From: Leucoraja erinacea
Taxonomy: Eukaryota
Reading direction: 5' to 3'
DNA: 64,000 bases
NCBI RefSeq assembly: GCF_028641065.1
Contig: NW_026576883.1
Location: 1-64,000 of the forward strand
Part shown: piece by piece, positions 24,891 to 37,590 of the stretch
How positions within the stretch are numbered: the first letter of the stretch is position 1
How the letters are laid out: every line of letters starts with the position of its first letter
Position numbers and translations under genes: made by a program
The notes under the pieces: generated by a model
The model's input: only the letters and a program-made list of their open reading frames with translations
Database searches by the model: none
What the model was told of the DNA's origin: nothing

Positions 24891-25419
24891 AGGGCCTGTC
24901 CCACCAGCATGCGATTGCATGCGTCTAGTGTGACCAAACCTGGTGGCTTGAGGCGTACCGCCTCGCGGGGGCCGGTCCCAATTTGAACCGCGGATGCGTA
25001 TGGAGTTGTGCGGGGCTGGTCCCGACATCATACTCACCAATCAGCTGGGCAGGAGGCGGCCTGACTGAATTTGCACGTTGCACGGCGTCGGGCGGTGACG
25101 TCATCGTGCAACGGCACACCGGGCAGTGACGTCATCGCGCAACAGCACGTGCTAGGTGTACGACGTTAAGACGCTGCGTACGCCCATTGAGGCGCTGCGT
25201 ACGGCCTCGATACGCCTGCGGGCCGACAGGCCGTTGTCGTGCGGGATTTTCGGACAGTGCAAGATTTTTGGAGCCCCGCGCGATGTCGGAACCAGCCCCG
25301 CACAACTCCATACGCCTCTGCCGATCAAAGTGGGACCGGCCCCGCGAGGCCGTACGCCTCAAGCGACCACGTTAGGTCGCGCTAGATGCATGATATCGCA
25401 TGCTGGCGGGACAGGCCCT
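24891..25419. mobile_element. Non-autonomous TIR element, PIF/Harbinger-like
   Basis: Termini AGGGCCTGTCCCACCAGCATGCGAT and ATCGCATGCTGGCGGGACAGGCCCT with long imperfect arms; TAA on the left flank; one related end at about 42230-42403. Confidence 0.75.
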
Positions 25420-26312
25420 GAAGTAAGTAAGTAAGTAAGTAAGTAAATTTTATTTATATAGCACGTTTAAATCAACTCGCTTTGAAACCAAGGTGCTTTA
25501 CATAAAATAAATAATAAAAGAAATAATAAAGTTTCCGTACATCAATAGAAAAATTAAAAATCAGAAAAATGGCACAACACATTATAGAATTCAACAAGAA
25601 TGTCCCCCCACAGCAGAATCAAAATATTCCACTGTGGGGAAAGGCAACAAAAAGTTAAGTCCTCTTCCTTCTGTGAATCACCCGAGGTCAGGGCCTATTT
25701 GTGGCCTCCGCAGCCAGTCCGATGTTTTCAGGAACCTCTTTTGCTGGAAAGCTGGAACTCCGGCATCAGGTAAAACACTCCTCAGCGGCTTGGAAAATGT
25801 TTGGAGCGGCCGCTCCCTCCCCAGAGACCGCGGTTCCCGCAGTCCTCAGGCCACGCTGGTTGGAGCCCTGACTCTGATGATCTCGACCCCAGGCTCCGCG
25901 GTATTTTAAATCCAGCGCCGCCCGCCCGCCCGCGGCTGGACGCCCACAGCCACAGCCACAGCTCCTCGATGTTGGAGTCGGCGGGCACCACACACCGGAG
26001 CTAACCGCACGGCGACCCGGTAAGGCATCGCCCGCTCCGTGTTGGTATTCCAGCGCTGTGCCGAAGCTGCCGTCTCGACAGGAAACGCCGCTCCAGTCCG
26101 AAGGTAGGGGCGAATAAGCAGCTCGGAGGGAAGCCGCCTCTCTGACCAGGTCGGGGACCAAGAAATAAAGTTTCCCCCTTCCCCTCCCCCACCCACCACA
26201 TAAAATACCTCCAACTAACATTTGTTTTATGACAGGACTAAAAATAAAAATAAAAAAGGGTGAAAGGGCGGACTGCAGGGAGAGCTACCATACACAATGC
26301 GCCCCACTCCTG
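25420..26312 (-). mobile_element. Unclassified non-autonomous retroposon with GC-rich body and (TTAC)n tail
   Basis: (GTAA)n at 25422-25446, GC-rich core, head with CTGCAGTCCG plus T-tract shared with 27268-27855. Confidence 0.5.
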
Positions 26313-26804
26313 CAGTCTGCCATTTAATGTTATGTTAGCTCACAACCCGATGGTATGAATACTGAATTCTGCAACCTCAGGTAACGAACAACCCTCCCTT
26401 CTTCTCTATCCTATCTCCCCCTCTCTCCCGTGCTTCCCACAAAGACTCATACATAATTCTCCGCGGCCCCTCCCTTCGACATTCCATCCTCTTGCTTCAT
26501 AGACCGTATTCCTTCAATCCTTTTACCTCACAGCTTTTTGTCTCTAACCACTGCCCCAACATCTGTCTCTCGCCCCCCCCCCCCCCCCCCTTATTTCTGG
26601 CCCTCCTCCCTCCCTGCACCCCCACCACCAGAATCAGTCTGGTAGGCTCCCAAACCATCAAGTTTCTCTAGAGGTGCTCTATGAACCACTGAGGTACCTT
26701 ATCTATTTTTAAAATGTACATTAGAGTGTGCAGTTCTAGTCATCCTGCTTTAAGGGCACCGTCAAACCGGGAATGATGTAACAAAGATTAGATAAATAGA
26801 AACC

Positions 26805-28630
26805 AGGTGTAGGGGTAGGCCATTTCACTCTTCGAGCCAGCACCATCGTTCAATATGATCATGGCTGATCATGAAAAATCAATACCCCATTCCTGCTTTC
26901 TCCCCATATCCCATGGTTCCATTAACCCTAAGAGCTATGTCTAACTATCTTGAATACATCCAGTGAATTGGCCTCCACTGCCTTCTTAGGCAGAGAATTC
27001 CACAGATTAACAACTCTCTGTGTGGAAAAAGCTTTTCCTCATCTCAGTACTAAATGGCCTACACCTTATATTTAAATTGTGACCCCTGGTTCTGGACTCC
27101 CCCAACATCAGAAACATTTTTCCTGCATCTAGCCTGTCCAACCCCTTAAGAATTGTATATGTTTCTATAAGATCCCCTCTCCTCCTTCTCAATTCCATTG
27201 AATACTAGACTAAGTGGGACCCGCTGGTCACCAACGCAATATTCCACCTCTCCACCAATTCAAATATGGAATTGAATTGAATTCATTTGTCATTCGTTTC
27301 CCAGCAGTCATACATATAATAAAAATGACAAAAACACACAATCCACACAAATTTAACATCCACCACAGTGAGTTCACCAAACACCCCCTCACTGTGGTGG
27401 AAGGCAAAATCTTAAAGTCTCTGTCTCTTCCCTCTTTGTTCTCCCTTTGCACCGAGGCGATCCAGGCTCCAGATTTTGTGACCCCACCGGGTGATGGTAA
27501 GTCCCACGGCTCAACCGTGCTCCACAAACGGGCCGGTTCAAACTCCGCGGGTGGCCGTTGCTGCCGCCACAGCTCCGAGGCAGAGTCGGGTCGCCGCTGC
27601 CGCTGCTGCTGCCGCCGACACAGCTCTTAGCTCCGCCATTAGGCCTCGGCGCAGACGGAGATGGGGAATACGACAGAAAAAAAAGTTGCATCCCCCGAAG
27701 GAAGAGATCAAAAGATGTTTCTCCCACCCCACCCACACTCATACACAAATTAATAAAACAAAATTAACTAAAAACAGGACAAAGGAACAAAAAAAAAAGA
27801 AAAACCAAACGGACTGCAGGTGGGCCGCAGCTGTTAAGCCAGCGCCGCCATCTTGAATACTGCTCGCCAGTTGGGAAGGGGGGGGGGGCTGTCTGTTGCG
27901 CTAGTATGGTTGTTGCGGGCAGAAGGTACTGGTTTCCAGAGGGCTAGTATAGATATTGTGAGCCGAATGGATTCTTGGGCTGGCAGCCAACTGTTGCAAC
28001 GATTTTAAAAGCCAAGGCGAGGCAAACAAATGGGCTGCAGCCACTTTACAGCCGCATCGAGGGGACTCACCGTGGAGTGGACGTGCATTCAGTGTTATTC
28101 GCAGCCCAGAGAGCCGTGACCCTCTCGCTTCCTGGGTCTGACAGAGACTGACTGAGGCACGACACTTCCGGGTATTATAGTCGCTCCTTCTTCCGCCAGC
28201 AGGGGCAGCAGAGAGAATGGGGAATCATTTAAAAACATTAATTTCTCTCTGATTTTTCATCATGGGAAAAATCCTCTGGTCCATGAAGGCGGAGGGGGTC
28301 TCTGAGTGAGGTGTCCAAAAATGACGGCCGTGGGTGGCGGCGTTCTCTCGGAAATCGCACCACAGTGGGCCAAAAGTGGTCACGATCAGACTTTTGGTAA
28401 TATAGAAGATAGATAGATAAGCCAAATCGATCCATTCTTTCATCACATGACAGTCCCGCCATCCCAGGTATTAACCTGGTAAATCTACCCTGCACTCCCT
28501 CAAGAGCAAGAATGTCCTCCCTCAAATTAGGAGATGGAAACTACACATAATACACCAGGTGTGGTCTCGACAGGGTCCTGTACATCTGCAGTAGGGCCTC
28601 CTTACGTCTCTACTCAATTCATCTCGCTGT
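26805..28630 (-). mobile_element. CR1 fragment (26805-27204 and 28418-28630) interrupted by a Helitron
   Basis: CR1 sequence GAATA|TAAGCC resumes exactly across the insert. Confidence 0.85.
27205..28417 (-). mobile_element. Non-autonomous Helitron with a nested retroposon (about 27268-27855)
   Basis: 5' TC(TATC..TATATTACCAAAAGTCT), 3' CTAG, inserted between A and T with no target-site duplication. Confidence 0.8.
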
Positions 28631-29195
28631 GATGGGTACGGATTTTAACGGGTCTGGGGGGTTTGAGCTAGAAGGAGCGGTTTGATCGGCCGGATTATCT
28701 TCACCTTCTGGATGGGTGGGTGGGTGTGGGACGGGTCACCAGCGAGACGGTAAGCTCAAGAGCCGGAGTTGGTTGATGGGTGTAAAATAAGGGGGCACCA
28801 GTTTAAGGAGAGGATGGGGAGACTGAGCGCCGTGAAGGGCAGCCATTCCAATGGGCGGTAGGGAGATAGAACGAGCTACCAGATGAAGATCAGACACGGG
28901 TACAAATACTACAGGCCGACCTTTGCATCTGATGATAGACACAAAAATCTGGAGTAACAGCGGGCCAGACCGCATCTCTGGAAAAAAAGGGATAGGTGAC
29001 GTTTCGGGTCGAGACCCTTCAAGTTGTCATCAATAGGAACAAAGAAAACTGTACACGTTTTACCTCGCTTTATGCCATAGGTTTCTCTCCACAGCGTGGT
29101 TATCGAAAAGTGGCGATAAAAATGCACTAGACACATTGAATGTCCCGTAGTTGAATATGGACAATTCACACGACCAGTAACATTCACAAGAACAA

Positions 29196-29650
29196 AGAAA
29201 CATAGACAATAGGTGCAGGAGTAGAGGCCATTCGGCCCTTCGAGCCTGCACCGCTATTCAATATGATCATGGCTGATCATCCAACTCAGTATCCTGTACC
29301 TGCCTTCTCTCCATACCCCCTGATCCCTTTAGCCACAAGGGCAACATCTAACTCCCTCTTAAATATAGCCAATGAACTTCTGTGGCAGAGAATTCCAGAG
29401 ATTCACCACTCTCTGTGTGAAATATGTTTTCCTCATCTCGGTCCTAAAAGATTTCCCCCTTAACCTTAAACTGTGACCCCTGATCCCTTTAGCCACAAGG
29501 GCAACATCTAACTCCCTCTTAAATATAGCCAATGAACTTCTGTGGCAGAGAATTCCAGAGATTCACCACTCTCTGTGTGAAATATGTTTTCCTCATCTCG
29601 GTCCTAAAAGATTTCCCCCTTAACCTTAAACTGTGACCCCTTGTTCTGGA
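29196..29650 (-). mobile_element. CR1 3' end containing an exact 160-bp tandem duplication
   Basis: 29321-29480 is repeated at 29481-29640. Confidence 0.85.
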
Positions 29651-30676
29651 ACCGAATAGAAACACTGTTTATTCGCATTTTGTGCTTCTAATACAACATT
29701 ACAAATAAAGTCAAATCCCTTTTGGCCGTGGAGCTTGCTTTTAAACTCGGTGAATGTCCCTGACTGCAAATTGACTTCTGCATTTCAGTTGCTATTCGAG
29801 GCTGCACTTCAACGAGATTGTACAAGATTGCACTTCAACGTAAAAGAGATGTGAGGACATTGTGTAAATGGAGGCGGGCTGTTGCTGTACGCACTCGATC
29901 TTGGAGGGAATGTTCAATTTCCGATGTGCAAACAGGGGCAGTGCATGGACGAGGTAACCGATGGCGTCCCAGGCTTGGAATGGACTTTGGTCACTCACGA
30001 TTTCTCTGAAACGGAGAGAGACGCGGCGTGAACGTGAAGGGAAGAGTCGGGGCTCGAGCAGAGGAAAGTGGGAGCTGGTTGGACACTGGCAGTGAGGGAG
30101 ATGAAGCGTTAACGCGGTGAACGAGAGCAGGAAGCAGCACCGATACAGACAGAGCACCGATACAGTCTGAAGAAGGGTCTCGACCTGAAACTTTGCCTAT
30201 TTCCATCTCTCCATAGATGCTGCCCCACCCGCTGCGTTGCTCCAGTATTTTTGTCTACCACCGATTCAGACATGATGTACCTGAGAGAGAGGTGAGGGAG
30301 GGGTCTGGCGGCGACTGAAACGAAGAATGATCTACGTATCCTACAGAGAGGCAGGCAGAGACTGAGCACAACGGGCTCCCACCTGGAACCGGGAATTCGG
30401 TTTGAACCCATTCTTCCAAAGACCCGTTCCGAAGAAAATGAATCTGTTGTGTGGAGAGCAAATGCTGCAAACACGATATAAATACAAAGTCGGCGGACTT
30501 TAGGACCGGGGGAGCCCTGAGCTCAGGACCCGTGGCCCGCGGCTGCTGCTGAACCCGCGGGAAAGGAGATTGTTTCAATCTTTATATTTTCACAAAAGTC
30601 ATTGCTGTTCCGTTGCCGGACGCGGTTAATGCGTTAAAATGAACGGATCGACGCACAGCTCTGATTTCAATTGCTG

Positions 30677-30719
30677 TTTATTTCACTCTTCCCACATTTA
30701 CATTCCCCCTGGTTTTATT
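30677..30719 (-). terminator. Two AATAAA signals in the TRIM B 3' UTR
   Basis: TTTATT on the plus strand at 30677 and 30714; conserved in TRIM C. Confidence 0.55.
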
Positions 30720-32082
30720 TCCGCGCTCACTGGGGTTTCACGACGCGGAATTTGGGGATTAAATGGGAGCCGTTCGTTCAGCGCCGACCTGTTGTCCACC
30801 GGGTTTCTGCCCCACAGCCCCTGAGCCCCGCTCCTGACGCCGGTCCCGGGACCCGACCCTTTTACACACCCAAAGCGGAACCGGAGCAGATTCTCAGCCA
30901 CTGGTTATCATGGCAAGTCGTGAAGAAAGGATAAAGTTTCTCCGTGAATTTATTCCCAGTGAAGGTGTGGACATGGGACTTGGTGTCCACGTCGTAAAAT
31001 GAAACTGTCCCGGACTCGTAACTGAGATAAACTCCCACCCTCCCGGGGATGGGACGGGCGGGGAGAGGGGATGGAGGGGAGGTGAATGCGTCAAACTTGT
31101 CAGCCCCCCACCGCCTGATGCTCCAGACTCCAGTCTCCGGGGTCAGTGTGGTCCCCTCCTTTCCTCTCCACAGACTCTGCGGCGACTCCCAGACTCCAGT
31201 ACTGATTCCCCACCACCTCCACCTCCCAGTAATGTCTCCCCGATGTGAATCCCTCCGATCCCAGCACACACAGACTGCCTGTAAACCTCTTCCCGGTGTC
31301 AGGCAGAATCCTCACTGTCCTGGTACATCTCATCCTCTTCCGATCCTCAGACACCTCGAGCTGGGAATGCGCTGTTTCCACATCCAGGGTGACGGAGACT
31401 GGGGGGAGAAGCAGAGAATCAGAGAGTCGTCGGGGGTCGGGGGGAGACTCGGGCACAGGCGGGCGGACAACTGGAACCTTGCCCGGGGTTTCACCCACAA
31501 CAATATCGGATGGTCATCAGACATCTTTCCCGCAGATTTTCTCCCGGTTGGAGAGGGGAATTTCATGGCCATTGTGGAACTTCAGGGGGCGGATTCAAGA
31601 GGGGGGATGAGTTCGGACATTGACATTGGTTGACAAATGAGGAGGTGTATTCAAAAGCTCGGGACCCTTGTTCAGACATTCAGAAGTATTCTGACATCTT
31701 GTTGGTAGATGGTGTTGGGGCGGGTGGTGCTGAGGGAGATTGTAGGAAGACGAGAAGGCTACGAGTAGCGACGAGAGGTGGCTAAAGAGGACGTAGAGTT
31801 GTGGTGGAGTCGCCATGATCATACTGAACGAGGGCGGACATGATGGGGCCAGATGACCCGCTTCTGTTTTCTTGAGAGGCGGTGAGGCAGAGACAGAGGG
31901 AGGGGTGTGACTGTCGGTTGTGTTCAGGGATCTCCCATCTCCAGCTGCCTGTGTGACCGTGAACCTTCCCAGCAGCTGCATTTGCTACTGGAATAAAACG
32001 ACAATTCCACCTCAGCCCATAATTACACACTAGCTCTCCATCCACACGTTACTCTGATGCGTCTGATAAATGAAGAGAATAA

Positions 32083-33525
32083 ATCTAAGGTGGACAAAAA
32101 TGCTGGAGAAACTCAGCGGGTGAGGCAGCATCTATGGAGCGATGGTGTAGGTGACATGTCGGGTCAAGACCCTTGTTCAGACTGATGTGGGGGTGGCGGG
32201 GACGGGAAGAAGAAAAGAAGAGGCGGAGACAGTGGGCGGTGGGAGAGCTGGGAAGGGGAGGGGAAGGAGGGAGAAAGCAGGGACTACCTGAAATTGGAGA
32301 AATCAATGTTCATACTGCTGGGGTGTAAACTGCCCAAGAGGAATATGAGGTGCTGCTCCCCCAATTTGCGGTGGAACTCACTCTGGCCATGGAGGAGGCC
32401 CAGGACAGAAAGAACGGATTCGGAGTGGGATGGGGAGTTGAAGTGCTGAGCCACCGGGAGATCCATATAACCATATAACCATATAACCATATAACAATTA
32501 CAGCACGGAAACAGGCCATCTCGGCCCTACAAGTCCGTGCCGAACAACTTTTTACCCTTAGTCCCACCTGCCTGCACTCATACCATAACCCTCCATTCCC
32601 ATTTACTTGATGGAGGGTGAATATTCAACTGCTCAGGGAGCCATTAATTTGGGGTTGCTATTAAGATACTAGTGACGGTCCACATAATCAAGTCGGGCTG
32701 CATGTCATTAAATTATGTGTGACGGTTCACTGAACCGAACTATTGAACATGCAGAAGATAGACACAACAAGCTGGAGTAATTCAGCGGGACAGGCAGCAT
32801 CTCTGGAGAGAAGAAATGGGTGATGTGTTGGGTCGAGACCCTTCATCAGACTGATGTCAGGGGAGTGGGCAGTGCAGAGATAAAATGTAGTCTGAGACAG
32901 ACAGAGTCTGTCTCAGACTACATGTAACATGACTACATGTAACATGACAGACTACATGAGATAAAATGTAGTCTGAGATCAGGTTGGTTCATGCGAACTG
33001 TGCGGAGGTGTTGGGCGAAGCGATCGCCAAGCCTGCGCTTGGTCTCACCGATGTAGAGCAGCTGAGAATCAGAGCAAGAAATGCAACACCTGTCCCTTCA
33101 CCTCCCCCCTCCACTCCATTCAAGGTTCCAAGCAGCCGTTCCAGGTGCGACAAAGGTTCACCTGTATCTCCTCCAACCTCATCTACTGCATCCGCTGCTC
33201 TAGATGTCAGCTGATTTACATAGCGGAGACTAAGTGGAGGTTGGGCGATCGTTTCGCCGAACACCTCCGCTCAGTCCGCAATAACCTACCTGAACTCCCA
33301 GTGGCTCAGCACTTCACCTCCCCCTCCCATTGCCAGAGTGAGCAACACCGGAAATTGGAGGAACAGCATCTCCTATTCCGCCTGGGCAGCTTGCATCCTG
33401 ATGGCATGAACATTGAATTCTCCCAATTTTGCAAGCCCTTGCTGTCTCCTCTGCTTCCTTAACCCTCGAGCTGCCTCCTCCAATCCCCCCGCCCTCGGGC
33501 TCCTCCTCCTCCCGTTTTCCTTCCT

Positions 33526-33567
<42 letters not shown>

Positions 33568-34315
33568 ATCAGGCTGAAGAAGGGTTTCGGCCCGAAACGT
33601 CGCCTATTTTCTTCGCTCCTTAGATGCTGCTGCACCCGCTGAGTTTGTCCAGCAATTTTGTGTACCTTAGAGCAGCTGATACCTCAAGCAGCGGATGCAA
33701 TAGAGAGGAGTCCACACCTGATACTGCGGATACAGTAGATGATGTTCGAGGAGGTGCGAGTGAACCTCGGCCACACCTGAAAAGACTTTCGGGGTCTTTG
33801 CACGGAGTCAGAGGGGGAAGGTAGAGGGACAGGTGCAGGGGAAGTACCTGGAGAGGGGGTGGTTTGGGTGGGAAGAGACGAGTTAACCAGGGAATTGCGG
33901 AGGGAACGGTCTGCGGAAAGCAGATAGGGTTGAGATGGGACGTTGTGGCCAGTGGTGGGATTCCATCTCCACCCAACACAAGTGAGAGGCGGACACCAGC
34001 GAGAGGATTGTTTTGATAGGCCAATTGTTGGACGAATGCCAGATATGAAAAGACAAAAGGTGTGAGATAAGGATGGAAGGGGTGAGAAACGTGAAGGCAG
34101 AGGAAGAGATGTCCGTGGAGATTGTGGTGGAGGGGAGAAATGGATACGAGTCCAGGTGAGGTACAGGGAAAATCTGGTGTGGGGTGGGCGGTGATCGAGA
34201 AGCTGCAGGAGGATGGGTGGGGGAGGGAGGGAGAAGGTGGGTGTTTGTGTGGGGGTTATGTAAGTTTACAAAAAACAGAGAATGCTATATTCATACCGTC
34301 AGGTTGTAATCTGCT
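32083..34315. mobile_element. Pile-up of Penelope-like GIY-YIG fragments in both orientations in TRIM B intron 5
   Basis: NLIYCIRCSRCQLIYIAETKWRLGDRFAEH...LGSLHPDGMNIEFS at 33145-33462; related pieces at 32083-32460, 33660-33965 and 34040-34315. Confidence 0.8.
33574..33601 (+). ncRNA. Minimal hammerhead ribozyme-like motif
   Basis: CTGAAGA-A-GGGT(TTCG)GCCC-GAAAC-GTC, downstream of a GIY-YIG fragment. Confidence 0.55.
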
Positions 34316-34620
34316 CCGCTTCATGGCATCAGACATTTCTCTTATCATTGTGCTAAACACAAAGGGGTGATAGAACGTTTCAAAGGCCGGGGTAGCATCA
34401 GTCACTGACAACGACACGGTATCAACATTCGCACTGCAAATAGTAAACACATGGTTATAAATTGAGCATGTAATTGTTGTTACATTACACATCCACACAG
34501 AGTTTCACAGAGCATGTCCTACCTGCTCTTCCGACCAGCTTCATCCTGAAATAAATGAAACACAAATCTGAATCAATTGAGATACAAGAAATGCAAAATG
34601 CCGGCTTATATATATATATA

Positions 34621-35370
34621 CTGGACCAAGTGGGACCCGTTGGGACCCATCTTCACATGGGAGGGCTGGTCCCCCAACGCAATATTCCACCTCTCCACCA
34701 ATTCCAATATTGCTGGCCAGTGGGGGAGAAGGAGATTTCCAGAGCGCTAGTATGGGTGTTGTGGGCTGAAGGGACTGGTTTCCAGAGAGCTAGTATGGAC
34801 ATTGTGTGCCGAATGGGTTCTTGTGCTGGTAGCTCAGTCACTCAAGCCTGGTGGGCTGGCATCTCACTCACTCACGGCTGGTGGGCTGGCAGTTGAGTCA
34901 GGGCTATTCCTTGAAATCCCATTTCAAGCAGGGTGCAAGGCCACCAAATTCAAGTGCAGTTTCCTACCACTTCAAGCAGGGTGCAAGGCCTCCAAATTCA
35001 AGTACCTTTTCTTTTTCAAACCAACCACCTTTCCATTTTCAAACCAACCACCTTTTCATTTTCAAACCAACCACCTTTTTATTTTCAAACCAACCACCTT
35101 TTCATTTTCAAAACCAACCACCTTTTCATTTTCAAACCAACCACCTTTTCATTTTCAAACCAACCACCTTTTCATTTTCAAACCAACCACCTTTTCATTT
35201 TCAAACTTCATATTCAAACCGCATTAAGGGCACTCACTGGTCAGTAAAACCACATTCACAGTTTAGTAGATATGTGTTCAGTGTTATTCACAGCTCAGTC
35301 ATGACCTCTTGCTCCCTCATCTTGCAGAGACTGAGGCACGTCTACACTTCCGGGTTTTATAGTCCTCATT
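34621..35370 (-). mobile_element. Helitron 3' part, related to 27205-28417
   Basis: Shares AAGTGGGACCCG...CAACGCAATATTCCACCTCTCCACCAATT and ACTTCCGGGT.TTATAGTC with the first Helitron. Confidence 0.65.
35005..35206. repeat. 23-bp minisatellite CCTTTTCATTTTCAAACCAACCA, about 8 copies
   Basis: Direct inspection. Confidence 0.95.
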
Positions 35371-35909
35371 TCCCATTTCCCAACTCTGACCCCTGCGGAC
35401 ATGCATAGGGGGTCTTACACGAACGAACAAAGAACTCAGGGAGAATGTGCAAGGAGTGTTAGTGAAAAACCTGCCGTTAATCTGCGGATCAAACTTACAG
35501 GAAAGACTGCACACGTCATGGGGGTTTTTTGGCTAATTAAAGGAAAATTAACGGAAATTAATATTATCTTGATTAGTCAGGGGTATAGGGAAAAGGCAGA
35601 AGAATGGAGTTAGGACAGGTAGATCAGCCACGATTGAATGGCGGAGTACACTTGATGGGCTAACTCTGCTCCTATCACTTCTGAATTTATGCACTTTTAA
35701 TGGCTGCATGCACCGAGGTACGGCGAAAAGCATTTGTTTGCAAGCTACCGTGTCAAAGAAAAGACTGTACGTGAATAAAAACAATCCGTCCACAGTGTAG
35801 GGATAAAGGATAAAGGATACAACATTTAGTGCAAGATTAAACATTGAAATATCAGATCATGATAAGAAAGTGAATTGAAGATAAAATCTCAGGTGGTCTT
35901 CCTGCCTGG

Positions 35910-36550
35910 TCCAGGTACAGCAGGCAGTGAAGAAAACGAATGGCATGTTGGCCTTTATAACAAGTGGAGTTGAGTATGGGAGCAAAGAGGTCCTTCTGCA
36001 GTTGTATAGGGCCATGGTGAGACCACACCTGGAGTATTGTGAGTAATTTTCGTCCCCTAATTTGAGGAAGGACATTCTTGCAATTGAGGGAGTGCAGCGT
36101 AGGTTTACAAGGTTAATTCCCTGGATGGCGGGACTGTCATATGCCGAGAGAATGGAGCGGCTGGGCTTGTATACTCTGGAGTTTAGAAGGATGTAATTGA
36201 AACATATAAGACTATTAAGGGTATGGACACGATAGAGGCAGGAAACATGTTCTCGATGTTGGGGGGAGTCAAGAACCAGGGGTCACAGTTTAAAAATAAG
36301 GGGTGATCCATTTGGAACGGAGATGAGGAAACACCTTTTCTCATAGAGACTTGTGAATCTGAGGAATCATCTGCCGGTTCCCTGGATACTTTCAAGAGAG
36401 AGCTAGATTGGGCTCTTAAAGGTGGCGGATGCGGGGAGAAGGCAGGAATGGGGTACTGATTGGGGATGATTAGCCCTGATCACATTGAATGGCGGTGCTG
36501 GCTCGAAGGGCCGAATGGCCTCCTGCACCTATTGTCTATTGTCGATTGTC
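35910..36550 (+). mobile_element. CR1 3' fragment
   Basis: Homologous to the other CR1 copies; (CTATTGT)n tail. Confidence 0.88.
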
Positions 36551-37067
36551 TTTCAAAAGTTCCAATAGAGATTCGGTTAAGATAATATAGAACCCGCTAC
36601 CACAGGAGTGGTAATTTCATGGGGAGGTGGATATAAACACGAGAGATGTGGGAACTGTAGGCACTGCTGGTGGATGTTGTGAGTAGGTGGTGAGAGGCTT
36701 GGGGGTAGCAGGAAAACTGAGAGCAGTGGATGGGCCGAATGTCCATGATGTAGAGAGGGGCGGAATTCTATGTTGATCACAGATGCACAAAAAGCTGCGT
36801 TATTTCAGAACAATGTCCCAACGTTTTGCTACAGTGCGATTTTTTCACAGTGGCAGGCAGTGACTAGTGGGGTGCCCCAAGGCTCAATGCTGGGGCACCC
36901 CACTTTGGGTGCCATTTAAATTGGATAGCTATATAGTCGGGAAGGGAATGGAGGGTTATGGTCTGAGCGCAGGTATATGGGACTAGGGGAGATTATGTGA
37001 TCGGCACGGACTAGAAGGGTCGAGATGGCCTGTTTCCGTGCTGTAATTGTTATATCGTTATATGGTT

Positions 37068-37590
37068 ATTCTTGCCATAGAGGGAGTACAGAGAAGGTTC
37101 ACCAGGCTGATTCCTAGGATGTCAGGACTTACATATGAAGAAAGACTGGATAGACTCGGTTTGTACTAGCTAGAATTTAGAAGGTTGAGGGGGGATCTTA
37201 TAGAAACTTACAAAATTCTTAAGGGGTTGGACAGGCTAGATGCAGGAAGATTGTTCCCGATGTTGGGGAAGTCCGGAACAAGGGGTCACAGTTTAAGGAT
37301 AAGGGGGAAATCTTTTACGACCGAGATGAGGAAAACATTTTTCACACAGAGAGTGGTGAATCTCTGGAATTCTCGGCCACAGAAGGTAGTTGAGGCCAGT
37401 TCATTGGCTATATTTAAGAGGGAGTTAGATTTGGCCCTTGTGGCTAAAGGGATCAGGGGGGATGGAGAGAAGGCAGGTACAGGATACTGGGTTGGATGAT
37501 CATCCATGATCATATTGAATGGCGGTGCAGGCTAGAAGGGCCGAATGGCCTACTCCTGCACCTATTGTCTATGTTTCTATGTTTCTATGA
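37068..37590 (+). mobile_element. CR1 3' fragment
   Basis: [24 protein letters not shown] translation; (TTCTATGT)n tail. Confidence 0.9.

Noticed and set aside
31500-32080. Possible extra exon or foreign insert in TRIM B intron 5
   Set aside because: Unique-looking, but no recognisable ORF or needed splice phase; partly homologous to TRIM A intron 5
34802-35408. Repeat-protein ORFs (FSNQPPFHFQTNHLFIFKPTT)
   Set aside because: Translation of the 23-bp minisatellite within a Helitron
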